Below are positions 44,586 through 54,451 of a stretch of 64,000 nt of DNA, one piece after another. Numbering within the stretch: position 1 is the first letter of the stretch; the number at the start of each line of letters is the position of its first letter. Source of the stretch: a virus; IMG/VR virus record IMGVR_UViG_3300027797_000016, positions 1-64,000 of that record, one strand, 5' to 3'. Below the pieces are notes generated by a model that was given only the letters and a program-made list of their open reading frames with translations, ran no database searches and was not told the origin of the DNA. The position numbers were made by a program, and so were the translations under genes.

Positions 44586-45056
44586 TCAGTCATAAGGAAT
44601 CCATTCAGCAAAACTAAAGATATACGCAAGTCCCCATTCTAATGTATGAGGTGGTAGTTCGTCAATATGATTAAACGCAAGTCGTCTTGCTTCCAAGATG
44701 CGTTCTTTACCTACCGCAAGTAGATTTGCTTTAGAACCTTTGAGAAACTCATTATAATCTGCCTGATTATTCTGTTTCGCACCAGAGATATACAATCGTC
44801 TCATTTCAGTAAAAAGTTCTGCGGTTTCGGGGGCAAATGTAATCACTTCTTCCCCCAAAGGGATTTCCATAGTTTTCATCGCACTCATTGAAAATTTCAT
44901 CGCATCTCTGGTTTCTTCTACTGATAAGGCATCCTCATCCTCATCACGAAACTTATGTTGTATTATACCGTTACTGCACTCAACTAATCTTAAAAGAGCA
45001 ATCTTGTCCTTCTCAGAGTCAGGTAGTGCTTGAAATCTTGCGTCCCAGTCAATCAT
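44586..45056 (-). CDS. Hypothetical protein (probable start MIDWD)
   Basis: ORF track; ATGA overlap with the endonuclease stop. Confidence 0.7.
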   Translation of the reverse strand: MIDWDARFQALPDSEKDKIALLRLVECSNGIIQHKFRDEDEDALSVEETRDAMKFSMSAMKTMEIPLGEEVITFAPETAELFTEMRRLYISGAKQNNQADYNEFLKGSKANLLAVGKERILEARRLAFNHIDELPPHTLEWGLAYIFSFAEWIPYD

Positions 45057-45724
45057 TTTCTTCCAAGTCTCCAACCATCACCGGGACATTCTACCATCCT
45101 TTTACAATTTCCGCAACCATCATTCCACCACTTTTTACCTTTTCGTGTCTCACTCATTTTTCTTCTGGTTTCTTTGGAAAGGATTTTACCTTTTCGTGTC
45201 TCACTCATTTTTCTTCTGGTTTCTTCTGAAACAGGTCTGCCTTTAAGACCTTCAATTATTTTATCTATATGCTCTTTTGAGAGAGTTTTACCAATTTGTG
45301 ACTCACTCATTTTTCTTCTGGTTTCTTCCGAATGAATTTTACCATAGTTATGATTTTTTTCCCCTCTCCTTGCTTCACTCATTTTTTTTCTAGTTTCTTC
45401 TGAAGGGGTTCTTTCTCTCATTTTTTTTCTGGTTTCTTCACTAAAAACATAACCAGAAGCACCATCACCACCATCTGTAAGGTTGTGAAGAATACCAGTT
45501 CCCAAATCTTTCCTACCAAACACAGCAATCATATAGATTTCGTGTCTAAATGCTTCTTCTTCTGTTAAGTTTTGTTTGAGGAATATAATTCTTGATTTAT
45601 CTTTGGGTGGGTTATTTCGTCTGTTTGTAGAATAAATCCTATCTCCAGTACCTTTACCAATATAATAAGGTGTCTTATCTTCACGCAAATATGCGTAAGT
45701 GTAAAACCTATTAGGATTTACCAT
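45053..45724 (-). CDS. Free-standing homing endonuclease (GIY-YIG-like with NUMOD3), paralog of 31556..32263
   Basis: MVNPNRFYTYAYLRE..PYYIGKG; repeated SEETRRKMSE. Confidence 0.88.
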   Translation of the reverse strand: MVNPNRFYTYAYLREDKTPYYIGKGTGDRIYSTNRRNNPPKDKSRIIFLKQNLTEEEAFRHEIYMIAVFGRKDLGTGILHNLTDGGDGASGYVFSEETRKKMRERTPSEETRKKMSEARRGEKNHNYGKIHSEETRRKMSESQIGKTLSKEHIDKIIEGLKGRPVSEETRRKMSETRKGKILSKETRRKMSETRKGKKWWNDGCGNCKRMVECPGDGWRLGRK

Positions 45725-45833
45725 AGTTCTGCTTCTAAATTGTGTTCGCAATACTATTTATACAAGAAAAGGTGCCCGAAGACACCCTTCCCACTCTTAT
45801 GGATGCGAACACATTAGAGCACCAGTATTTATC
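45725..45833 (-). promoter_or_regulatory. Dual late promoter / antisense small RNA / terminator module 3
   Basis: ATAAATA 45826-45832, arm 45804-45820, hairpin ~45769-45789, TATAAATA 45755-45762, complementary arm 45731-45750. Confidence 0.8.
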
Positions 45834-46006
45834 TGTTTAGCACAACTCCACCCTATAACAAGCAAGAAAGCATGATTTGATGTGCTAATTTGTCCCGCAA
45901 AAAATTAATTCTTTCTTCATCATACTGCTGAAAGTTTCCTTTCTTCTCCACTTTCTTATAATAATGTAGAGCATTTATAATTATACCATAATCTTCTATT
46001 GTAATA

Positions 46007-46237
46007 TCAATTTTCATAACTCAATTGAATAATCTTTGATATATCTATTGTTGCGAAGAATGCCTGTAATCCTACAATATCCCAAGTTTTAATTTTAATG
46101 GAGAACGGAACCATTACTAAACCACCAACCAAACGAAAATAACACCCTAACTTTACATCCACATAAAGAAGAATGAAGTATCCAACCAATAACAGAACAC
46201 TACCAATAATACGAAGAGATGTTGGTGTTAATTTCAT
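46007..46237 (-). CDS. Small membrane protein
   Basis: Hydrophobic helices; LRIIGSVLLLVGYF. Confidence 0.7.
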   Translation of the reverse strand: MKLTPTSLRIIGSVLLLVGYFILLYVDVKLGCYFRLVGGLVMVPFSIKIKTWDIVGLQAFFATIDISKIIQLSYEN

Positions 46238-46422
46238 TACATTCTCATTTTTAATACTTCTGCCGTTACTTCTTGTTGTTTCATATACAACTTTAGCATA
46301 CCTTTGAGTGAAATCTGTAGTTCTTCTACATTCTCACAATTATCAATATTTCTTGCTAATTTTTCATACTCAAACATCTTTGAGGGATTTGTGAGTATAA
46401 TATCATCTGGATGTCCCGTCAT
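46237..46422 (-). CDS. NblA-like phycobilisome degradation adaptor
   Basis: L...KMFEYEKLARNID...EELQ..LK..LKLYMKQQEV resembles the NblA two-helix pattern. Confidence 0.5.
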   Translation of the reverse strand: MTGHPDDIILTNPSKMFEYEKLARNIDNCENVEELQISLKGMLKLYMKQQEVTAEVLKMRM

Positions 46423-47632
46423 TTTTCTTATAAAATTCTATTTTGAGTTGAGTAATGAGTAAATCAACTTTATCTTCAATACGAGTAAGTCGTTCCTCAA
46501 TAGTATCTATACGATACTCATCAAGTGCTTCTTTTTTAACTGAATAAGGGTCAATCGTAGCCATAGTTCCTTGTAGTGAATTGAGTAGTTGTTCGTCAGT
46601 CATTTACCACCTCCATAAACTCATCATAAGACAAATCAACAAAATCTTCATAATACAATTTATTCACAATTTTATTCACCACTTCTAAATCAAAATATTT
46701 TTCTAATTCAGTTCTGGTTTCGCAGGATACTCTTCCGTGTCCGTCGTGAGTTGTTTTTAGTTTCTCAAAGGAACTCATATCAAAAATATTAGTATCAGTC
46801 ATTTTGTGTCTCCTCTGGTTCTATCCATTCTTTATAGTCATCTGCTTTTACATAAGGAGCAGTTTCCCAATCACTCCATTCTTTCCAGAGAGGGGGAGCA
46901 ATACAACCTCTAGGCAACTGATTTTTATACCGATACTGAAAATCTGGACGGCACATCAGTCCATTATCAACCACTCGGATTTCGATCATTCTTTCTCTCC
47001 AAATCTAAAAGGATAAAGTCGTTTCACACCACCAGAAGCATACTTGATTTCATCTTCTAATTGACGAATATAAACGAAAATTGAGTATGGAACCTCAAAG
47101 TGCTCTAACTCTTTGGTCTCATTATTATAGCACGAAATGTAGGATTTACTCATCATCTAACACTTCATCCCTTTCAATAAGTTCATCATATTCATCAAGT
47201 TGAGTTTCGTATTTGATAAATCTCAAGTTATTCAACATCTCAAAAAGTTCAGTTTTCTCATCAATTAATTCTTTACGATAATTATCACTAAAAACTAATT
47301 TAAGTTTTTCTTCTGGATGATTTAACTCTTGTTTAATATATTCGTATCTTTTAGATAGTATGGTCTCACACCTTTCAATCGTTTCTACGAGTTTCATTTC
47401 AGTTCCTCAATAGTCAGTTTCAGTCCGTTTCCATTATCGTCAATTGTTTTGTTGATAAAGTCCTCATAATCACCAATATCTTCCCAAGCACCAAACTTAT
47501 AATAGAGTGTCTTCTCAACATAATGCTGATACATTCTTTCAGTCTCTTCAACATCTCCATCACACCATTCACTAAAAGTTTCAGGAGTGAGTGTGATTTC
47601 TGCTGTGATTTTTACTGGTTTCATAATGCCTC

Positions 47633-47879
47633 CAAATAATCTGCGATTTCTTTAATACTTTCCAATTTTGGTTCAGTCTTTCTGGAAAGGTCAATCATTA
47701 GTCCGTCATTTTGATTTACAAAGGGTGATGTAGTTGGAGTATTTTCCTTATACCATTCATCATTTCTTTTTTCTCTTGTGAAGTTTGTCCAAAGAAGTCT
47801 TGTTTTGTATTTTAGATTCAAATAATCTGCGATTTCTTTAATACTTTCCAATTTTGGTTCAGTCTTTCTGGAAAGGTCA
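47633..47879. repeat. 61-bp direct repeat at both ends of ORF 47621..47884
   Basis: 47633-47693 equals 47819-47879 (DLSRKTEPKLESIKEIADYL). Confidence 0.95.
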
Positions 47880-50800
47880 GTCATTCCAGTTCCTCAATCA
47901 TATCATAATAACCATCATTTACTATATACCAGAAGTTCACAGCAACTGTTTTCTTATCCTTACTATAAGACCAATAAGTATTTCTCACAGAATAATAACC
48001 AGTATAAGTCTCTAACTTCTCGTAAGGAGTAAAAACCCAATGTTTCCAACTATTACAAGTCAGTTTCATACGATAAAAGTAGTAAGATAAACTATTCATA
48101 ATGCCTCCAATTCATTAGCAAGGTCATAAAGCACCCGAGCATCAACTACCATATCTTCTACACCTTCTTCTTCACAACACTGATAGTATTGAAACTCATT
48201 CACAATCTCACGAATAACAGCAGCAAGAGAAAGTTCTTCGTGATGTGTACTGTCCACCCACTTATCTTCCCAAGCACGATAAATTCTTTTTGCCCTTTCA
48301 GTCATAGTGCCTCCTCCAAATCTTTCGGGCAAATAAACGGAACATAAAATTTAGGATTTTCTGCCCAAGTATAAGAAAGTGATTTATTATTCATCTTATA
48401 CCAAGAAGCATTCAAAATCCACCAAAACTGAACCTGTGGATATTCTGAATGAGAAGGAAAGTATATCCCCTCTACATTACTACAAAATTCTTTTGGTTGT
48501 CTTATCAAAGTTTTCCAGTAATCAAAAATGAGTTTAGTTAGTTTCATTTCTGGTTCTCCTGAAGTTCAAGTTCTTCAATCATACTTTCACTCCAAGTAAT
48601 ACCATCAAAATCTTCAGGACATCCCATCCAATTCCTTGCTTCTTCTTCGGTTTCAAAATCAAGAAACCCAATATTGGTTTCAACAATTTTTACTGTGTAA
48701 GTCATCAGGTCTTTGTGTATGAATGTATTATACGACAAAGGGCACTCGGTTTCAAGTGCCCTTGTGACGGTTTCTCAAGTGTCCTCCAGTTCATCAAGTT
48801 CATCGGCAATCTCAAGAATATCCTTTGATTTTACCATATAAGTTCCATCTTCCCAACTCTCATAATCACTTACAATCTCACGAAGAACATTAATAAGAGA
48901 AGATATCTCATTCCTTTTTGAGAACTTTGGTTCCCGTAAGAATGTTTCCAAGATTTTTTGTGCCCTTTTAGTCATTTCAGTTTCTCCTGAAGTTTTAGAT
49001 AATCATAAGAAATCTTACATTTCTGTGGTTGTTCCATACATAACACAATACCTTGATTTTTTCCATCTACCACACCATCATCAAAACCAAAACGAACACC
49101 TATAAGAAATACAACAGCAGAGGTTGCGAGAACGGCAATACAAATTATTCCAGATAAAACAGCATTATCATCACTCATTTCAGTTCCTCCACCCGAACTT
49201 TTACAATACCATTAGACAAATCATCTGTATTATTATCTTCATCATAAACAGAGACTTCTACATTATCATTAGCAAGATTGAGAACTTCTTTGATATATTC
49301 TGTGAGTTGTTTGTTTTTAGTCATTCCAGTTCCTCCACAGCATTAGCAATTTTGTTGAAGTCATCAGCAGTCAACCAAGCAAGTCCATAATCATCATACA
49401 CAAAACTATCAGCAACAGCACGAATAGCAGCAGCAACTCCATCCTTTGGAAAGTTGTAAGTATCCTCTGCTTCGTATGCTCTCATAATCTTTTTTGCTCG
49501 TTCTTGATTAGTCATAATGCCTCCAATTCATTAGCAAGTTCATATAAAACTCTCGCATCAACTACCATATCTTCTACACCTTCCTCTTCACAACACTGGT
49601 AATACTGAAACTCATTCACAATCTCACGAATAGCAGCAGCAAGAGCATCATTATTAAGTTTTTGAATAATAAAATCTTGTCTTTTATCTGCGAAAGTGAG
49701 ATAAAATGCTTCCATAATCCTTTGTGCTCGTTCAGTCATAATGCCTCCACATTATCAGCAAGTTCGTTGATATCTTCCATAATTTTATGGACTATTTCCC
49801 ATTCAGCATACTGCATATAGGAAAGCACTACTTCAATAACAACCTCACGAATAGAAGATGCTAATGCTTCTTTCATATCATCTGTTGGTTCTACAATCAA
49901 TTCTGATTTGAATGTTTCCCAGATTTGGTATGCGGTGTTAGTCATCAGGTTTCTGTGTATGAGAGTATTATAAGGCATCTGGTGCCCCTGTGGAGGGCTC
50001 TTGTGACGGTTCTTCAAGTGTCCTTATGATTAGTCATTCCATTCACATTTTCAATATTTTCCTTTACAAGTTCAATAAGAATATCTGATGCCCCTTTACA
50101 TATGAGAGTTTCCCAATGACCAACTACAAGTTCATTATTTACAAGGTTTAGAAGGTCAAGAGCAAAGGAAATTGCTCTTTCCTGTTGTTCGTCAGTCATT
50201 TCTTCCAATCCTCATATTTAATCTTTTTACATTCAGTCCTATCTTTGAGTGTTAATACACCTCCACAACTGCTTATCACTGGATTTTTACTGGTTTTATC
50301 AAGAACTTCAATATTTCCATTTGAATATTGAGCGATATATTTTCCACCGTCCCATTCAGGAAGTTCTAAATCATTGGGATTAGTAATCCATCCAATACCC
50401 CACCAATTAAATCCTTCATTATACACAACCATTAAAACACCTCCACTTTTCACTAGAATAGAATGAGGATTTTCATTCAACCATTCTTGAATATATGGGT
50501 GATTTACAAGTTCTTCTGTGGTATCAAAGTCAAATTCCGAAGGATTGTCACCATCAACAAATCCAGGAATTCTTTGTCTAAAATGGTTTTTTGGTTTAGT
50601 CATTTTTCGTTCCTCCATAATAATGTTGTGCGTTGAGTGTTCTCCACATTACAATCTGCTCAAAACATTCTCCAAGAGAACGGCAAACAAAACTATCTTC
50701 ATCTATTCCATCTGGTCCATCCCAGATTGTTGCCGTGTATCCTTTGGTTGGATGTGGGGTATAAGTGATTTCAATTCTCATTCTTCATCCTCATCATCAG

Positions 50801-52669
50801 CACGACTTACACCAGAGTGAGTCATTTGGTAATTATAAACACCACGAACATCCCACATCATATTTTTTAGTAGTTTTTCTGCTTCCTCATAAGTATCAGC
50901 AGCAATTACAACTTCACCAGAATATTTGAAGTGGTAGTCAGTCATTTCAGTTTCCTCAAAATTTCTCTTCAATTTCTTGTTTTGTTGCTACCTCTACACT
51001 AGGATAACTCACATCCTCATAATCACCAAAGTCAAAATCCATAATCAGTTTTGAGGCAACATTATCACACAGATAATCCGCAAAAATGTTAGGGTCAAGT
51101 TCTCCGTCATCTGTAAGCATATCATCATTCTTATGCTTTTCGGGGTCAAACCTCATATAAAAAGTTACTTTATAACCTTTTAGATTTTTTAGATTATCTT
51201 TGTGTTTTTCTTGTTCCTTATGTTTTTGGATTTGAAGTTCAAGTTCGTCGATTTGGTCTTCTGTCAGTTGAGAAAGGTCAATCATCGGTTTGGTTGCTTA
51301 TGAGACTATTATAAGGCATCTGGTGGGATTTTGGGAAGTCCTTGTGCCAGCTCATCAGGTGTCCTTGTTTCTTCTATTTTAGTTTCACTCAATCTTCCTA
51401 TATTATAACCAGAATAAAAACTCGCATATATCCATTTTCTCATCAGGTCTTCACGGGTCTTTGGGTCTTCAACAGCACAATCTCCATAAAAGTATTCGTT
51501 TTTGAAAGAATAGTCAGTATGATTGGAATAAAACCATTCGTTGAAGGAAGTTTCAATATTATCAACAAACTTCCAATCTTCTATCGGGTATTTTTTAGTC
51601 ATAAGTTTTCCCAGTCATAATCAAAAATAATTCTTTTATGTTTTATATCTGTGACGACAATTACTTTACCCACACTATAAGGATTACTACTACATTCATC
51701 CCAGTGTTTCTTTGCTATTGATTTATCCGTTGTGCGACCAGAGTAATTTGCATCACCCATACCATCAGCAGTTGTTCCAGCAAACAAAAGATACCAAGTT
51801 TCAGTCATTCAAACAACCTCTCATTTACTTCACGAATACAAGCATTATAACCAACAGAATACTCTGGTAGTCCAACACCTTTTTTATATTCGGGAATATT
51901 CTCCCTAATCAAACGCAGCACTCTAATAGTCATATCGTCTATATCAACTCTCTCATCAAGGTTAGGTTTTAGCAATTCCCAGAGTTTATCATAAAAACTT
52001 TCAGGTTCTATGATGCGTTGATACTTCACACCCATAATGGTTGCGGTATCTCCTTCTATGAGAACTGTTGAGATGTCTATTTCTTTAGTCATTTGTGATT
52101 TTAGATAAGGGCAATAGTCAGGTTCAAAACAAGCACTTTGAAAACTGGCACTTGTTTCTACATCATCAGGAGCATAACACCAACCGCAGTCCAAGTATTT
52201 ACAGGAATTCATAGTTTTACGGGTTGTTGTAGGTCTTGTGTCCAAAGTTGTTTATATGTAATCCACCTTTCTACACCAGTTTCCTGTTGTGCCGTCCAGT
52301 GATTCCCATACTCATCAACCGCATCCAAATAATGAATACCTGTCTTGGGGCAGATTACTCTGGATACTTGTGTGAATTTTAGTCGTTCAGTCATAATTTT
52401 TCAAGTTCCATAATAACAGATTGAAGGTCTCTAACACCTATAACCCAGTCATCCTCTACATCATCTTCAATCTCATATACATTCTTGAATTGATTGATGA
52501 GTTCTTTGAGTAATTCGGCAACAGATTTATTATATTGAGAACATTCATATGCAATACCGTAAATATAAGTATCTCTTCCGGTTTCTGGATGATTATAATT
52601 CTCTGGATGGTTCGGGTTGTGAAGATAAATCGCACCCGTTAGTTTTTCAGTTTCAATCATTTTAGTTCC

Positions 52670-52837
52670 TCAAATATAAGTATTACAAAAACTACGATGT
52701 CCTTTTACCCATTCAACTGCCTTTTCAATATTCCCATCACACATATAAAGACCTTTCAAACACTCCAAATACCCAGCACCAGTTTTTTCACGAACTTCTG
52801 GAACTAACTTTTTATAATATTGTATTTTTTCAGTCAT
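52670..52837 (-). CDS. Stand-alone EF-Ts N-terminal (UBA-like) domain protein, 55 aa (not in ORF track)
   Basis: [55 protein letters not shown] versus EF-Ts VKELREKTGAGMMDCKKAL...GD.EKA.EWL. Confidence 0.8.
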   Translation of the reverse strand: MTEKIQYYKKLVPEVREKTGAGYLECLKGLYMCDGNIEKAVEWVKGHRSFCNTYI

Positions 52838-53188
52838 TCCCCCCACCCCTCAAAGTATTCCGCAAAAAATGCAAATCCTAACCCGAATTTATATTGTTGC
52901 ATATTTACACTAAAAAGAGAAGAACCGAAGAAAGAAAGCAAGATGTTAAACCCCCCAGAAGAATGAACTATACCACCAGGAGTATCATAATACACCCAAA
53001 GAAATGAACGATTTTTGAGAATACCAAACTGCCAAGTGTGGGAGGTTTCACCATTATCCCAAACTTTTTTATCGTGCTGGAAGAGTTTCATCAGGTCTTT
53101 GTGTATGAGGTCATTATACGACAAGGGCACTCGGTTTCAAGTGCCCTTGTTCCAGTTTCTCAAGTGTCCTCAGTTTCTACCAAATACC

Positions 53189-54112
53189 TTATACAACACT
53201 ATTAATCCAGTTACGATCTGGTTGTAAACTCTCTTGATTTCTCAGCATAGTGCCCTTAAATCCATCCATCACCCAAACACTTCTACCATCATCCCAAGCA
53301 TTTTGTAATCCAGCAACATTAGACCACAAAGGCCAAGCATGATCGGTATCAAGTATTTGTGGTCCTTTAAATCCAGATAGTTTTGTTGGACCAGATGGAG
53401 CAATCCAATCAGCATCAATATTAGTTAACCAATCTTGTGTCCTACCCTTTGATGGTTTCATTCCAGTAGCATAAGATGCTCCAACTGGTTTATCAGTATA
53501 ACCTTTCACCCACTCAATCACTTTACCCTGAAACCATTTTACAGATTCACGATTTAACTCATTACCAACTTCATATATCACATTATCATACTTTTCAAGT
53601 CGTGATGTAACCTCTTTTACATGAGCACGTTGATACTTATTCCACGGACCTCTACTATGAACTTGTGAAGGATCTTTTGGTCCATTTTTTATACCATTAA
53701 AGGGATGTAACCTCCAAGAATCACCACCCTTTGGAAAATATGGAACAATAGCACCCTCAAACAAACAAACACCCACAGTAATACCAAGTTCATCTGCTGC
53801 TTTGACTGCTCTCTCCAGAGCATCATAGTATCCACGATTTAACCTCCCACTTTTATCTTTTCTCCACGGCACATCATCAATCTTCACAACTCCTGGTGTA
53901 TTACTTCCCCAAGGAGAAGCAGCAAAGTTTGCTCCTCCTGTCTCTATAGTCCACAGACGAGTAAAGTTTCCAGTAATCTTATTCATACCAATAAGTTCAC
54001 CATTTATAGCCTGAACCGTATTCCAAGTATGATTACCTGCCAATTGTTCTTTCTTTCCGTCAATATAAAAGTTATTACGTTTAATTGTAATCCCAGTTAT
54101 ATTGTCTTCCAT
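53189..54112 (-). CDS. Putative glycoside hydrolase (TIM barrel, GH-A clan-like)
   Basis: NVIYEVGNE acid/base motif; YYDALERAVKAADELGITV; late promoter-like ATAAATA near 54137-54143. Confidence 0.65.
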   Translation of the reverse strand: MEDNITGITIKRNNFYIDGKKEQLAGNHTWNTVQAINGELIGMNKITGNFTRLWTIETGGANFAASPWGSNTPGVVKIDDVPWRKDKSGRLNRGYYDALERAVKAADELGITVGVCLFEGAIVPYFPKGGDSWRLHPFNGIKNGPKDPSQVHSRGPWNKYQRAHVKEVTSRLEKYDNVIYEVGNELNRESVKWFQGKVIEWVKGYTDKPVGASYATGMKPSKGRTQDWLTNIDADWIAPSGPTKLSGFKGPQILDTDHAWPLWSNVAGLQNAWDDGRSVWVMDGFKGTMLRNQESLQPDRNWINSVV

Positions 54113-54166
54113 TTTATTCCCATTACTGATATCTTGTATTTATTTGATCATCAGTATCCTCATCAA

Positions 54167-54451
54167 TCATTGAGGTGTCTCTGTTACTGGGGGTGGAGGG
54201 GTTAATGGTGGTAGTATAACAGGTTCTGGTGCTGGTAGTTGTAGTGGTTGTGGTTGTGGTTGTGGTTGTGCTTCTACAACTGGTTTTTGTGTTTTTACTT
54301 CTTCCAGTTGTTTCTCAAGTTGAATAATCTTCTCCTCAAGTATTGGTGAAGGAATATTTGTAGAACCTTCAGCAAGTTTATAACCAGCAACACTCACACC
54401 AAAGATACTTGAGAGTGCTGCAACAATAGAAACAGTCTTAGTGAAACTCAT
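54167..54451 (-). CDS. Membrane-anchored proline-rich protein
   Basis: Hydrophobic N-terminus; (QP)n and poly-Pro tail. Confidence 0.7.
   Translation of the reverse strand: MSFTKTVSIVAALSSIFGVSVAGYKLAEGSTNIPSPILEEKIIQLEKQLEEVKTQKPVVEAQPQPQPQPLQLPAPEPVILPPLTPPPPVTETPQ

Larger units (their letters stand above)
33043..53130 (-). other. Dense array of small, translationally coupled early ORFs with many paralogs
   Basis: Dozens of 55-250 aa ORFs, many starting ATGACT (MT) and overlapping the previous stop as ATGA. Confidence 0.85.

Noticed and set aside
31556-45724. Group I introns around the endonuclease genes
   Set aside because: Flanks are only ~100 bp with no room for a ribozyme core; the genes look free-standing
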